Source: a virus | Taxonomy: Duplodnaviria; Caudoviricetes | Strand: one strand, 5' to 3' | Virus record (IMG/VR): IMGVR_UViG_3300044719_000253 | Span: 96,001-160,000 of that record | DNA length: 64,000 nucleotides | In this document: positions 38,773-47,261 of the stretch, one piece after another | Layout: the number at the start of each line of letters is the position of its first letter | Numbering within the stretch: the stretch's first letter is position 1 | Notes under the pieces: model-generated | Seen by the model: the letters and a program-made list of their open reading frames with translations, nothing else | Databases searched by the model: none | Told to the model about the DNA's origin: nothing | Made by a program: the position numbers and the translations under genes

Positions 38773-39000
38773 TCACAGATCGATGGGAATGTCTTTGGTC
38801 TTGGCCAATGCGATCAACTCGTCAATCGCGACTTGAGCATCGTCGCGGGTGTGTGCGTGATTGCATCGTTCGAATAAGGCATTGATTTCATCAATGTCCG
38901 CTTGGTTGCTGGCAGCTTCATACAACAGAACTACGACGCGTGCGGCAATACGGCGCAATCGTAATAGTTCAATTTGTTTCTTTAATAAATTGAAGGTCAC
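38773..39000 (-). CDS. small helical hypothetical protein
   Basis: GTG 39000 with AAAGGGA RBS. Confidence 0.5.
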   Translation of the reverse strand: MTFNLLKKQIELLRLRRIAARVVVLLYEAASNQADIDEINALFERCNHAHTRDDAQVAIDELIALAKTKDIPIDL

Positions 39001-39182
39001 GGACAATCCCTTTATCGTTATCGACAAAAACAACCTACAAGAGAGAGTTGGGTATCCCCCAACTCTCTCAGTAGTGTATTGCTTAACTAAAATTGCCCGC
39101 CATCACATTCGTTCCGATGAAGAGGAATGCGGCAAGCAACAACGATCCCAGGACTTGTCCCAGAGTCGGATGCTGGATTGCT

Positions 39183-39878
39183 TTAGGCGCCAGCGGGTGC
39201 AGCTTCAGGTGCGCTTTCAACAGTGACCTCCGTCGCGGTGGTGTTGCGGTTGAACAAACCCTTCGCCCAGTTCCAGGCCGAAACCAGCCAACCTTTGGCG
39301 GTCGCGGTGGCTTCGACCAGCCAGTGGCCGATCCGGGTGAAGATCGAGGCAGTGCCAGCGTCGACCGGAGTCGACTCGACCGTGGCGTCGGTCATTCCGG
39401 ACACAGAGGATACTGCGGTGCTGATATTTTTACCACGGAGCCAGAACCACAAGCCGGCGGCGCCGGCGAACACGGTCAGCGCGCCCGCGATCGCTTTCTT
39501 CTTGTTACCGGCCACCCAGGCTTTGAAACGGGCCCACAGACTGGGCTTGGCTTCTTTGACCGCAGCGGGAGTAACGTCCAGCTTGATCTGGGCAGCTGCC
39601 GCGTTGTTCAGACCTTCGAGGGCGACGGCGAGCTTGGCACCGACACCACTGGTGTCACCAGCCGGCTGTTCGATTTCGAGCAGACTAGCGTCCAGGCCGA
39701 TCGAGGTGAGCATGGTCTTGATCTCGATTTCGAGGTTTTCGCGATCTTGGCCGGTGGCGGTGACGAGTTGATGACGCTTGATGTTGATCTGGTCCTTGAC
39801 CACTTGGAATGCGTGGTTCAGTTCTTTCACGCTCGGTTGACGGGTGGTGGCTTCTTTAGCTTGATGGATGTTATTCAT
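39183..39878 (-). CDS. membrane-anchored hypothetical protein
   Basis: ATG 39878 with AAGGA RBS; KKKAIAGALTVFAGAAGLWFWLRGK transmembrane segment. Confidence 0.75.
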   Translation of the reverse strand: MNNIHQAKEATTRQPSVKELNHAFQVVKDQINIKRHQLVTATGQDRENLEIEIKTMLTSIGLDASLLEIEQPAGDTSGVGAKLAVALEGLNNAAAAQIKLDVTPAAVKEAKPSLWARFKAWVAGNKKKAIAGALTVFAGAAGLWFWLRGKNISTAVSSVSGMTDATVESTPVDAGTASIFTRIGHWLVEATATAKGWLVSAWNWAKGLFNRNTTATEVTVESAPEAAPAGA

Positions 39879-39931
39879 GATAGATTTCCTTGAATTGATT
39901 TGATAAGTGTGTCGGTTAACTTGGACGAGGT

Positions 39932-40288
39932 TCACGGCATGTTGGGGTCGGGTTGCTTAGTCCCGCTGGTTCGAAGGATCAGAGCGAATACAGCAGCCAC
40001 CAGCAACCAGGGCAGCAGGAACAGGAAGCCCATGACGATTTGGTGGATCAGCCAGACTGCCCCCACAAAACCGAGTGCGTCCAGCAGCGCATCACCCAGG
40101 TAGGCGACCGGCGAAGCATGCGGCACCGTCTCGACTTCTTGACCACCGATGATGACCTTGGCGGCTTTAAAGGCGAGATGGGCTTTACGCATCGTTTGCG
40201 CGATGCGGCGCGCTTCCTGCCATCCGGTGGGTTTCAGACGCAGGATATTCGCGATAAACACGGCGGCCGTGTCGAAGAATTGATTCAT
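39932..40288 (-). CDS. small membrane protein
   Basis: C-terminal long hydrophobic segment; AGGAG RBS. Confidence 0.75.
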   Translation of the reverse strand: MNQFFDTAAVFIANILRLKPTGWQEARRIAQTMRKAHLAFKAAKVIIGGQEVETVPHASPVAYLGDALLDALGFVGAVWLIHQIVMGFLFLLPWLLVAAVFALILRTSGTKQPDPNMP

Positions 40289-40581
40289 GTGGACTCCTTG
40301 AGTTGCAGCACGGTGTTGTGCACGATTTGCAATCCCACCACCCCGAGGTCAATTAAGAACAACAGAGCGATAAGCGGCGGCACACCGATACTGGCGATTG
40401 CGCATAACAGGAAAAACGACCACACCAGCAAACGCCAGAACGCAAAGACCAAATGGCCCGTGCTGATCGGTTGCGCTTGCAAGGTGGCGTGGATCAACCC
40501 CACCACCGGTGCGACCACTGCGGTGGCGATGATTTTGATGGAAAAGATGAGACTTTTGATGAAGCTTAATACCTTACGCAT
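40285..40581 (-). CDS. small multi-pass membrane protein
   Basis: ATG 40581 with AAGGAG RBS; 2-3 hydrophobic helices. Confidence 0.75.
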   Translation of the reverse strand: MRKVLSFIKSLIFSIKIIATAVVAPVVGLIHATLQAQPISTGHLVFAFWRLLVWSFFLLCAIASIGVPPLIALLFLIDLGVVGLQIVHNTVLQLKEST

Positions 40582-40620
40582 GACAAACTCCTTGTGTGGG
40601 CATAACACCCACACCTGAGA

Positions 40621-40893
40621 TCAGGCGTAGGCGTTAGCGGTGTCTTTGAAAATGTTACCAAACGTAGCGAACACGTCGCTATAGACCATAATCCGTAGCG
40701 CCAGCAACACCGCCACGTATTCGAAGAAAAACAATGATACGATGCCTAAGGTTAGATACAACGCTAAGCGACCGACGTATTGTTTATCGATCTCATCGAC
40801 CTGACCCTGCTGGGTGTGTTCGATGAGGCGCATGAGGCCACCGATCGTATTTCGATAGAAGGCCTGCACAAACTTCTGGAGGAAATCCCACAT
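40621..40893 (-). CDS. small membrane protein
   Basis: LALYLTLGIVSLFFFEYVAVLLALRIMV hydrophobic segment. Confidence 0.7.
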   Translation of the reverse strand: MWDFLQKFVQAFYRNTIGGLMRLIEHTQQGQVDEIDKQYVGRLALYLTLGIVSLFFFEYVAVLLALRIMVYSDVFATFGNIFKDTANAYA

Positions 40894-40896
40894 GGC

Positions 40897-41256
40897 TCAG
40901 ACAGCCGCGACAACGGGTTCCTCAACGGCTTCGCCACGGTGGTCTGCAGCGGCTTTATTAATCAGGGCCATGAACAGCGCCAGACCAGCCGAACCACTCA
41001 GGACCAGGAAGCCGATATAGACGACTGCGATCGCAAGCGAGATCCAGAACCAGACCCAAGCCAGGGCCAGCAGGATCGATGGCACACCGACGAACCACGA
41101 CGCCATGATCGCGACACGCGAGGCGGCATTGAGTAGGCAGACGACTTTCTCGACCACCGTTTTGGTGGCGAGATTCTTCAGTTCGACGATCGGGGAGATG
41201 AAGAGTGCATAAGCGAACTTCGCTGCCCCCACGAGAATAGCTTTGAGGAATTTCAT
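40897..41256 (-). CDS. small multi-pass membrane protein
   Basis: ATG 41256 with AAGGA RBS; long hydrophobic stretches. Confidence 0.75.
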   Translation of the reverse strand: MKFLKAILVGAAKFAYALFISPIVELKNLATKTVVEKVVCLLNAASRVAIMASWFVGVPSILLALAWVWFWISLAIAVVYIGFLVLSGSAGLALFMALINKAAADHRGEAVEEPVVAAV

Positions 41257-41272
41257 GGTGAGTCCTTGTGAA

Positions 41273-41641
41273 TTAGACGAGTTCAACGTCGATCAGGTCC
41301 GGGCGCAGTGCGTGCTCGGCTTCATAAACGCAGTGGATCAGGTAACCGGTGATGAGAATCGCCAGCACATTGGCCACCAACGATGGCAACAGCAACCCGA
41401 ACAACAGAGTCAAGCCCGCGATCGAGAGGATGATACCAGCCGTCAGGCACATCGCCAGCGTCATCGCGAGCAGACCACCCAGCACGACCTTACCGATGAG
41501 GCGCAGGGTCCAGTCGATCTTGATACCATTCTTGATAGCGATCAGCGGGGCCATGCATTTCGCGATGGCGGTTTGGGTTTTGGCGATCGGGGCAGCGAAC
41601 CAACCGATGATGCGGTGAAACCATTTCTTAATGACGTTCAT
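41273..41641 (-). CDS. small multi-pass membrane protein
   Basis: ATG 41641 with AAGGA RBS; VVLGGLLAMTLAMCLTAGIILSIAGLTLLFGLLL. Confidence 0.75.
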   Translation of the reverse strand: MNVIKKWFHRIIGWFAAPIAKTQTAIAKCMAPLIAIKNGIKIDWTLRLIGKVVLGGLLAMTLAMCLTAGIILSIAGLTLLFGLLLPSLVANVLAILITGYLIHCVYEAEHALRPDLIDVELV

Positions 41642-41687
41642 TTTTAATTCCTTGTCAATGAGGGAGCTGTCACTCCCCGTGTTGCAA

Positions 41688-42101
41688 TTAGGCCGGCACC
41701 GCATCAGCGATGATTTCCTGGGTGAAGGTGTTCACACGAACTTCCAGCAGCAGGGCGACTTTGTAGCTGATCATAGCGCGAGCGATGGCAGCACCGAAAT
41801 CGTTACCAGCCAGATACGCCAGCGGAACACCGATCAGACCCAGGATCGGGCCAAACAGCAGCGAGCTGATCACACCGATCACGAAGCCGATGGTGAAAGC
41901 GATCGTGAAACCCAGCAGGAAAGCGGCGGTTTTGCACAGCAGGCCTTGCAGACGCTTGGTGAAGTTGTCTTCGGCGTCGGCTTGCGCGGACAGACGATCG
42001 CCGTAGTAGTTGACCTTGGCGACTTTGTCGGCGAGATAATCACGGGCGACGCAGTACGCGTTTTGGACATTGGCCCAGAGTTGCTTGAAGAATGCGTTCA
42101 T
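41688..42101 (-). CDS. small membrane protein, Gly-rich transmembrane hairpin
   Basis: FLLGFTIAFTIGFVIGVISSLLFGPILGLIGVPLAYLAG; AAGGA RBS. Confidence 0.78.
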   Translation of the reverse strand: MNAFFKQLWANVQNAYCVARDYLADKVAKVNYYGDRLSAQADAEDNFTKRLQGLLCKTAAFLLGFTIAFTIGFVIGVISSLLFGPILGLIGVPLAYLAGNDFGAAIARAMISYKVALLLEVRVNTFTQEIIADAVPA

Positions 42102-42138
42102 GATGGTTCCTTGATGTTGTTGGTTATTGCGGAATGGA

Positions 42139-42507
42139 TTAAGCCGCTTTGCGCTTAGCGCGGTTGTGCTTCGGGGCTTTGTAGGTCTTGTGATTCATTT
42201 CACGTTCGATACGCACCAGCGTGGCTTCGTCACCTTCCTTAGCAGCCTGGAAAGCTTCGGTCAGCGAATAATTACGGAACTTGGCGATTTCCATAATACG
42301 GTTAAACAGACCATGGATACGTTCAGCTTTGTCTTCTTGGCTTTCTGCGGCGACTTCCGCAACCGTGTTGGTTTCGACAGCCACCTCGGCTACCACCGGC
42401 ACTTCAGTGATTGCAGTTGCGGCTTCGATCTTAGCCACTTCTTTGCGGCTGAACAGATTCGAGAAGAACGACTTGACTTTGTTCCACAGATTTTTGATGA
42501 ATTGCAT
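42139..42507 (-). CDS. small protein with N-terminal amphipathic helix and acidic linker
   Basis: MQFIKNLWNKVKSFFSNLF; AGGAG RBS. Confidence 0.75.
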   Translation of the reverse strand: MQFIKNLWNKVKSFFSNLFSRKEVAKIEAATAITEVPVVAEVAVETNTVAEVAAESQEDKAERIHGLFNRIMEIAKFRNYSLTEAFQAAKEGDEATLVRIEREMNHKTYKAPKHNRAKRKAA

Positions 42508-42616
42508 GATAGACTCCTGGATGTTGTTAGTTATCAGGGGATAAAGGAGGCATTCCTTTTCCTATTCACCACTGTTATATGGTTTTGAAAAAATCTAGCG
42601 CCATATCAAAACAGCC

Positions 42617-42646
42617 CTCAGGCATGGGCACATGCCCATGCCTGAG
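42617..42646. repeat. perfect 14-bp inverted repeat
   Basis: CTCAGGCATGGGCA-CA-TGCCCATGCCTGAG in an intergenic spacer. Confidence 0.85.
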
Positions 42647-42652
42647 AATCTG

Positions 42653-42964
42653 TTACATTTCCAAACGCCACACTGTGTTGAGGTCGATCAGGATCAACGT
42701 GATCGTATTTTTCTTCCGGGACGATTCCGAGAAACAACTCACCACACTGAAGGTGGCGTGGTTCTCGTGTTCATCGAGTTCACCATCGTCGAATTCATCC
42801 ACCAATTTGATACCGTTGATGGTCGTGTTGCGGTTACACAGCGCGAGTTGTTCCCGCGTGGTATCGTCCGGCTGGTGAATCGTCAGGGTTTTGATAGTGC
42901 CATAAACGGCGGTTTCCACCCTGATGTGTTTGGCACGGATGATCAGGTTGTCGAACTGAGGCAT
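42653..42964 (-). CDS. hypothetical protein
   Basis: AAGGA RBS; 103 aa. Confidence 0.65.
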   Translation of the reverse strand: MPQFDNLIIRAKHIRVETAVYGTIKTLTIHQPDDTTREQLALCNRNTTINGIKLVDEFDDGELDEHENHATFSVVSCFSESSRKKNTITLILIDLNTVWRLEM

Positions 42965-42983
42965 GCTGTTATCCTTGTTATCG

Positions 42984-43295
42984 TTAGAACATCATTTTAA
43001 AACGGAGGAACCAGGTGTGGCGTTTATGGAACATGTCGTACGGCACGCTACTCAAAAACTTGACCTGCGTGGGAGTGAGGTTCTCGCTAGGGTTACCGTC
43101 GTCGTACTGGTCAATCATTTTCAATGACTCATACACCGCATGCATCTTCAGCTGGCACATGGTTTTCAGGGTTTCTTCGGTGGGTTGAAACAACACCACG
43201 TGAAGCACGTTTTCTTCTTGACCCGACGTCGTCTCGACTTGATTGCAAGCAACGATGGAGTGGGCAGACAATGTTAACATCGGTTGTTGTAACAT
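42984..43295 (-). CDS. hypothetical protein
   Basis: ATG 43295 with AAGGA RBS and leader motif. Confidence 0.65.
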   Translation of the reverse strand: MLQQPMLTLSAHSIVACNQVETTSGQEENVLHVVLFQPTEETLKTMCQLKMHAVYESLKMIDQYDDGNPSENLTPTQVKFLSSVPYDMFHKRHTWFLRFKMMF

Positions 43296-43315
43296 GGTGA
43301 TATCCTTGTTGTTAG

Positions 43316-43879
43316 TTAGTAAATGTAAGGTAACTGGATATGGGTCTTGCGGCCCTGACATTTGTTCCAGGTATCGAGCGTACCGCCGTCAGCCGGCTGG
43401 TCGCCTTCGCCAAAAGTGTAAGCCAACATCTCTTCACATTGGGCGACTTTCGAGTTGCGGGCAAACATACCACCCGCCCCCGGCGAGCTGGGCTCTTCTT
43501 CGATACGGATCGGGCTGTTTTCCACCTCCCAATGTTGACGGATCACTTCCCCGATCTGACCCAACGTGTCGCGTTCGATTACCCGGCTGAAGTTGCGGTG
43601 GTAATAGTTGGCGATGCCGCCCGCACTCTTCCAGCCATCTTCAACATACTGGCCGTTGCGGAAAGGGGCTGGCAGGTATAACGAAATTTCACCCGCATGC
43701 CCGAACAGAAACATCGAGACTGCGAGGTGGTCAGTCCAGGCGGCGCCACCGGATACCACGTGTGCCCCTTTGGGGACGCGGCTGTACACGTCACGCAGCA
43801 TCCACTTCCATAATCCGATCGACATGGGTTTGGTCTTGTCACGCCCGGCAGTACCGATGATCGCGATCCGAGTCATCAT
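43316..43879 (-). CDS. SLOG-superfamily (YspA/DprA-like) nucleotide-binding protein
   Basis: IAIIGTAGR, VVSGGAAWTD, FARNSKV and GGTLDT match the SLOG motif order. Confidence 0.75.
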   Translation of the reverse strand: MMTRIAIIGTAGRDKTKPMSIGLWKWMLRDVYSRVPKGAHVVSGGAAWTDHLAVSMFLFGHAGEISLYLPAPFRNGQYVEDGWKSAGGIANYYHRNFSRVIERDTLGQIGEVIRQHWEVENSPIRIEEEPSSPGAGGMFARNSKVAQCEEMLAYTFGEGDQPADGGTLDTWNKCQGRKTHIQLPYIY

Positions 43880-44415
43880 TCCTCCAGAGCACGAAACAAG
43901 GCGGGATCCTTGAGCAGTACATGCAGAATCGCTTCACCGTTCTTCGAATCGGCAAATGCCGTAATAAATTCGTACGGCCCGACATGGATTTCATCGCCGT
44001 CAGTCGATTCTTCCTTTTGCCAGAGCGACAAGGGTGAAATGGTATCCCCGACCGACAATCCATCCAGCGCATTGCGGGTTGTGGTCGTGGGATAGAACAA
44101 TGCCAAATGCATGACCGCGCCGCGGGCGATGGGCTCAAAGGTAAAGTTTTTGGCTTTGAATGTCACTCGATAATTGCAGAGGACCGGTTCTTCCGCCTGA
44201 ACCTTCAAAATCACATCGGTGAACTGACTTTGGTTCTTGGCCTGCTGCGGGTGATTTTCCCAGTCGATGCGAATCCAGGGATCATCGCTAAACGTCAGCA
44301 GACTCTTGTGGGCGATCTTGCCAGGTGTGCCGCGAGCGCCGACAACTTTCATGCCGACTTCGATGGCGTCGTAAGGAACTTCTGAGAGGGGTTTGCCGTT
44401 GTAGAGATTTTGCAT
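43876..44415 (-). CDS. hypothetical protein with N-terminal SH3/Tudor-like repeat domain
   Basis: GKPLSEVPYDAIEVGMKV shared with the next two genes. Confidence 0.7.
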   Translation of the reverse strand: MQNLYNGKPLSEVPYDAIEVGMKVVGARGTPGKIAHKSLLTFSDDPWIRIDWENHPQQAKNQSQFTDVILKVQAEEPVLCNYRVTFKAKNFTFEPIARGAVMHLALFYPTTTTRNALDGLSVGDTISPLSLWQKEESTDGDEIHVGPYEFITAFADSKNGEAILHVLLKDPALFRALEE

Positions 44416-44417
44416 GA

Positions 44418-44630
44418 TTATTTTACCTTCACGTGTTTGAATGTGGTTTGTAAATTAAATTCGATAAAGCCACTGACGTAGACGATTTTGATCGCTTCTA
44501 ACTTTCGCCCGTATTCCTCACCGAACAGATCCGTGATTTTACCCAGCCCCTGATAAGACACCACTTCCATTCCCACCACGAGGTCAGCGAAAGGAATATC
44601 AGAGAGCCTCTTACCAGAGTGTTGATGCAT
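44418..44630 (-). CDS. small SH3/Tudor-like paralogue
   Basis: GKRLSDIPFADLVVGMEV. Confidence 0.72.
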   Translation of the reverse strand: MHQHSGKRLSDIPFADLVVGMEVVSYQGLGKITDLFGEEYGRKLEAIKIVYVSGFIEFNLQTTFKHVKVK

Positions 44631-44632
44631 GG

Positions 44633-44851
44633 TTATTTGATCTTCACGTGCTGAAAGGCAGAGAGTTGTCCATACTCGGTGATTTTGTTTTGATACACAA
44701 TTTTCACCCCCTCGATCTGTTTGCCACGGCGTTCATGGGTCAATTCAGTAATAACCCCGTTGATGTTAGAACGGTAGTCTATAACTTCCATCCCGACAAC
44801 TAGATCCAAAAAAGGAACTTCGCTAAGTTTTTTACCAGCACTCATGTTCAT
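44633..44851 (-). CDS. small SH3/Tudor-like paralogue
   Basis: ATG 44851 with AAAGGA RBS; GKKLSEVPFLDLVVGMEV. Confidence 0.72.
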   Translation of the reverse strand: MNMSAGKKLSEVPFLDLVVGMEVIDYRSNINGVITELTHERRGKQIEGVKIVYQNKITEYGQLSAFQHVKIK

Positions 44852-44882
44852 TTTGATTCCTTTCTGTTGTTGGTTGGAGGAG

Positions 44883-45311
44883 TTATTTCTTCTTAGAACG
44901 GCGATGGCGCTCGCGACGTAACAGCGTAATTTGATGAATCCAGTAATCCTTATATTGCCGAAGATCATCTATACTGTCAATTCCTTCGACGTTATATTCC
45001 CCAGCTACATCCACGGGAACCAAACCTTTATCAACACTTCGACACCAGTTATTAAAATCGCGTGTCGTAATGTCAGATTTCGGAAGAGATGGATAAAACT
45101 GGTTACTAATGAGACTCGGACCTGGATAAAACTTCTCAGGTGAGCCGTCAGCCTTTGCGTATTCTAAATAGCTACGACAGAATTTGATTACAATCTGCCG
45201 AACCCGCTCAGCGGTAAGGCCGTGCGGTTGCGCGGCATCTTTCAAAGAGACGCCGTCTGCTACCATGAGTATCAAATTAAGATCGCGCTCTGTTGCTTCA
45301 TGGAATTGCAT
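44883..45311 (-). CDS. sigma-70 region-4-like HTH protein
   Basis: GVSLKDAAQPHGLTAERVRQI resembles the region 4.2 pattern (TL.EIA...GLTRERVRQI). Confidence 0.65.
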   Translation of the reverse strand: MQFHEATERDLNLILMVADGVSLKDAAQPHGLTAERVRQIVIKFCRSYLEYAKADGSPEKFYPGPSLISNQFYPSLPKSDITTRDFNNWCRSVDKGLVPVDVAGEYNVEGIDSIDDLRQYKDYWIHQITLLRRERHRRSKKK

Positions 45312-45362
45312 GGTGATATCCGTTTTGTTGTTGGTTGTAAAAAGAGATCGGGGTAGCTCACT

Positions 45363-45387
45363 GTAGTAATATAGTCCTTCAATTTTC
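45363..45387 (-). promoter_or_regulatory. early-type promoter TATATTAC
   Basis: Minus strand reads GAAAATTGAAGGACTATATTACTAC, about 55 nt upstream of ATG 45311. Confidence 0.75.
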
Positions 45388-45459
45388 TAATACCCGATTG
45401 ATTACGACGGCATAACACCCACCCGAAGGTGGGCATTAGGCGAATGAATGGGATGGACG

Positions 45460-45915
45460 TTATTGGGCTGCGGCAGTCTCGGTACAGAGTTGACGCAGGT
45501 ACGCGATGATGCGTGGATCTTCTTCTTGTTTGATCGCGACTTCCAAGAGGTCGTCGAAATGATGCGGAGCATGGCTATTGAGATGGATCGGAATAAACGG
45601 CAAACCATTTTCATGATCTTGGGTGCGCATGTATTCCAGTTGTTCCGGGGTACGCCATCGGAAGATGTAGCGGTCTTCTGCCAGCGCTTGATGGCGCGCG
45701 TCGATCGCGGCGCAGATCCATTTGAGTAATTCCGGTGGCTGATTTTGATACACCGCATCGACATGGAGTGCGCTGAGCTGAGCCAAGGTAAAGCGTTTGC
45801 CATCAATCACCCGATGCCGGTACATCGTGCTGCACCAGCCGTCTTCCGGCAACGCTCGCTCGACCATCCATTGGATTTGATTCTGATGAGAAATCTGAGC
45901 AAACTGATAACGCAT
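45460..45915 (-). CDS. hypothetical protein
   Basis: ATG 45915 with AAGGAG RBS. Confidence 0.7.
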   Translation of the reverse strand: MRYQFAQISHQNQIQWMVERALPEDGWCSTMYRHRVIDGKRFTLAQLSALHVDAVYQNQPPELLKWICAAIDARHQALAEDRYIFRWRTPEQLEYMRTQDHENGLPFIPIHLNSHAPHHFDDLLEVAIKQEEDPRIIAYLRQLCTETAAAQ

Positions 45916-46455
45916 AAAGCTCCTTCTGGTTAGTCTCTTCAATCGGGCAGATCCCCCCAAGCTATTAGAGGCTCGCCTCCGTCTCGCCTAGGAGAGTGCC
46001 CCCCTCCCCCAATACATGTCTATTTTTCCCTACTTAACTTCGTCTCGCTGGAAGCGATCCTCGTTACCTTTTTTCTCCTCGCGCTGCTCGTCGGTTCATA
46101 TAGCCAGGGTACTGAGTATTTTTTTATTTGAATAAATTCGAGGTGAATAACGCGCCCTGAAGGCGCTATAACCTTTTAAAAAAATTTGTACAGAAAACGC
46201 GCTCTCTAAGGAGCGCTTCTTCTCACAATAAGAAAGTATAAAACAGCAAAGCAAACCCTTAACAGGGGAATCGATCATGCCAATAGCGGAGCGTTTGGAA
46301 AATAACAAAGAAAATGTGAGTAAAGGGCGCCGTTGTCTTTTTATTAACATTTACATTTCCATCAGTGGACGAATAATAGCCATTATGTGAACGCATATTT
46401 CGTTAACCGAGTATGCCGATCATCGAACTTTTTACTCATGTGAAGGAACTCACAA

Positions 46456-47151
46456 ATGTCGTCGAATCTGCGTACTCTGCTGGGCACCCGCCGTCGCCAC
46501 CAACTGGCTTTCGAGGATTACGATCCCACCGCAACCCCGGTGACCCCGGCCACCGAAGACACCCTGGTCGTCATGAAAGGCCCGCTGGCCGATGTCTACT
46601 CCGAAGCACTGGCCAAGGTGTATGACAAGGAAGCCCCAATCGAAGATCCGAAAGAAGGCGATCCGGCTGCCCAACCGAAACCGGAAAGCGAAACCGGCTT
46701 CTCGGTCGACACCAGCAACCTGCAACCGGCTGAAGGCCAAACCGAAGAAACCGTGGAAGCGGCCATCGTGTCCGAAGTCGGCAACATCGTGCTCGAATCG
46801 CAAGCCATCGACGCCGCTGTCGCCGCTTCGATCGCCAGCGCTCTGGCCGATGAAGTCCCGGCCGATAACGACGGCTACGAGACGCTGTACGCGATCGACG
46901 AAACCCAAGTCACCCCGGCCGAAACCAAAAACGTCACCGAACTGCTGGCCGAAGCCGAGCATCCGGAAAACGTCACGGTGCTGATCGATGACGTCGTCCC
47001 GGACGCCGTGCTGGACCCGACTTCCCCGACCGTCACCGATACCAAGGACCTGACTGCGGCCCTGGAATCGATGGTCGTCGCCATGGGCGGCAAAGTCGTG
47101 CGTAACTTCGGCGACTTCGTCAAAGCCCGCGCGGCCCGTCAAGCCAAGTAA
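46456..47151 (+). CDS. acidic head/scaffold-like virion protein with prohead-protease sites
   Basis: AAGGA RBS; very acidic; AFE, VLE and ALE sites; high-expression codon bias. Confidence 0.65.
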   Translation: MSSNLRTLLGTRRRHQLAFEDYDPTATPVTPATEDTLVVMKGPLADVYSEALAKVYDKEAPIEDPKEGDPAAQPKPESETGFSVDTSNLQPAEGQTEETVEAAIVSEVGNIVLESQAIDAAVAASIASALADEVPADNDGYETLYAIDETQVTPAETKNVTELLAEAEHPENVTVLIDDVVPDAVLDPTSPTVTDTKDLTAALESMVVAMGGKVVRNFGDFVKARAARQAK

Positions 47152-47261
47152 TTCACACCTGTGTATAAACCCCGCTGGGATTTCCCAGTGGGGCTTTATG
47201 CAGTTTGAATGGACACAAGGCCACTCATTCTGTGTAACCTTTGTCCAATAAAGGAATGAAC

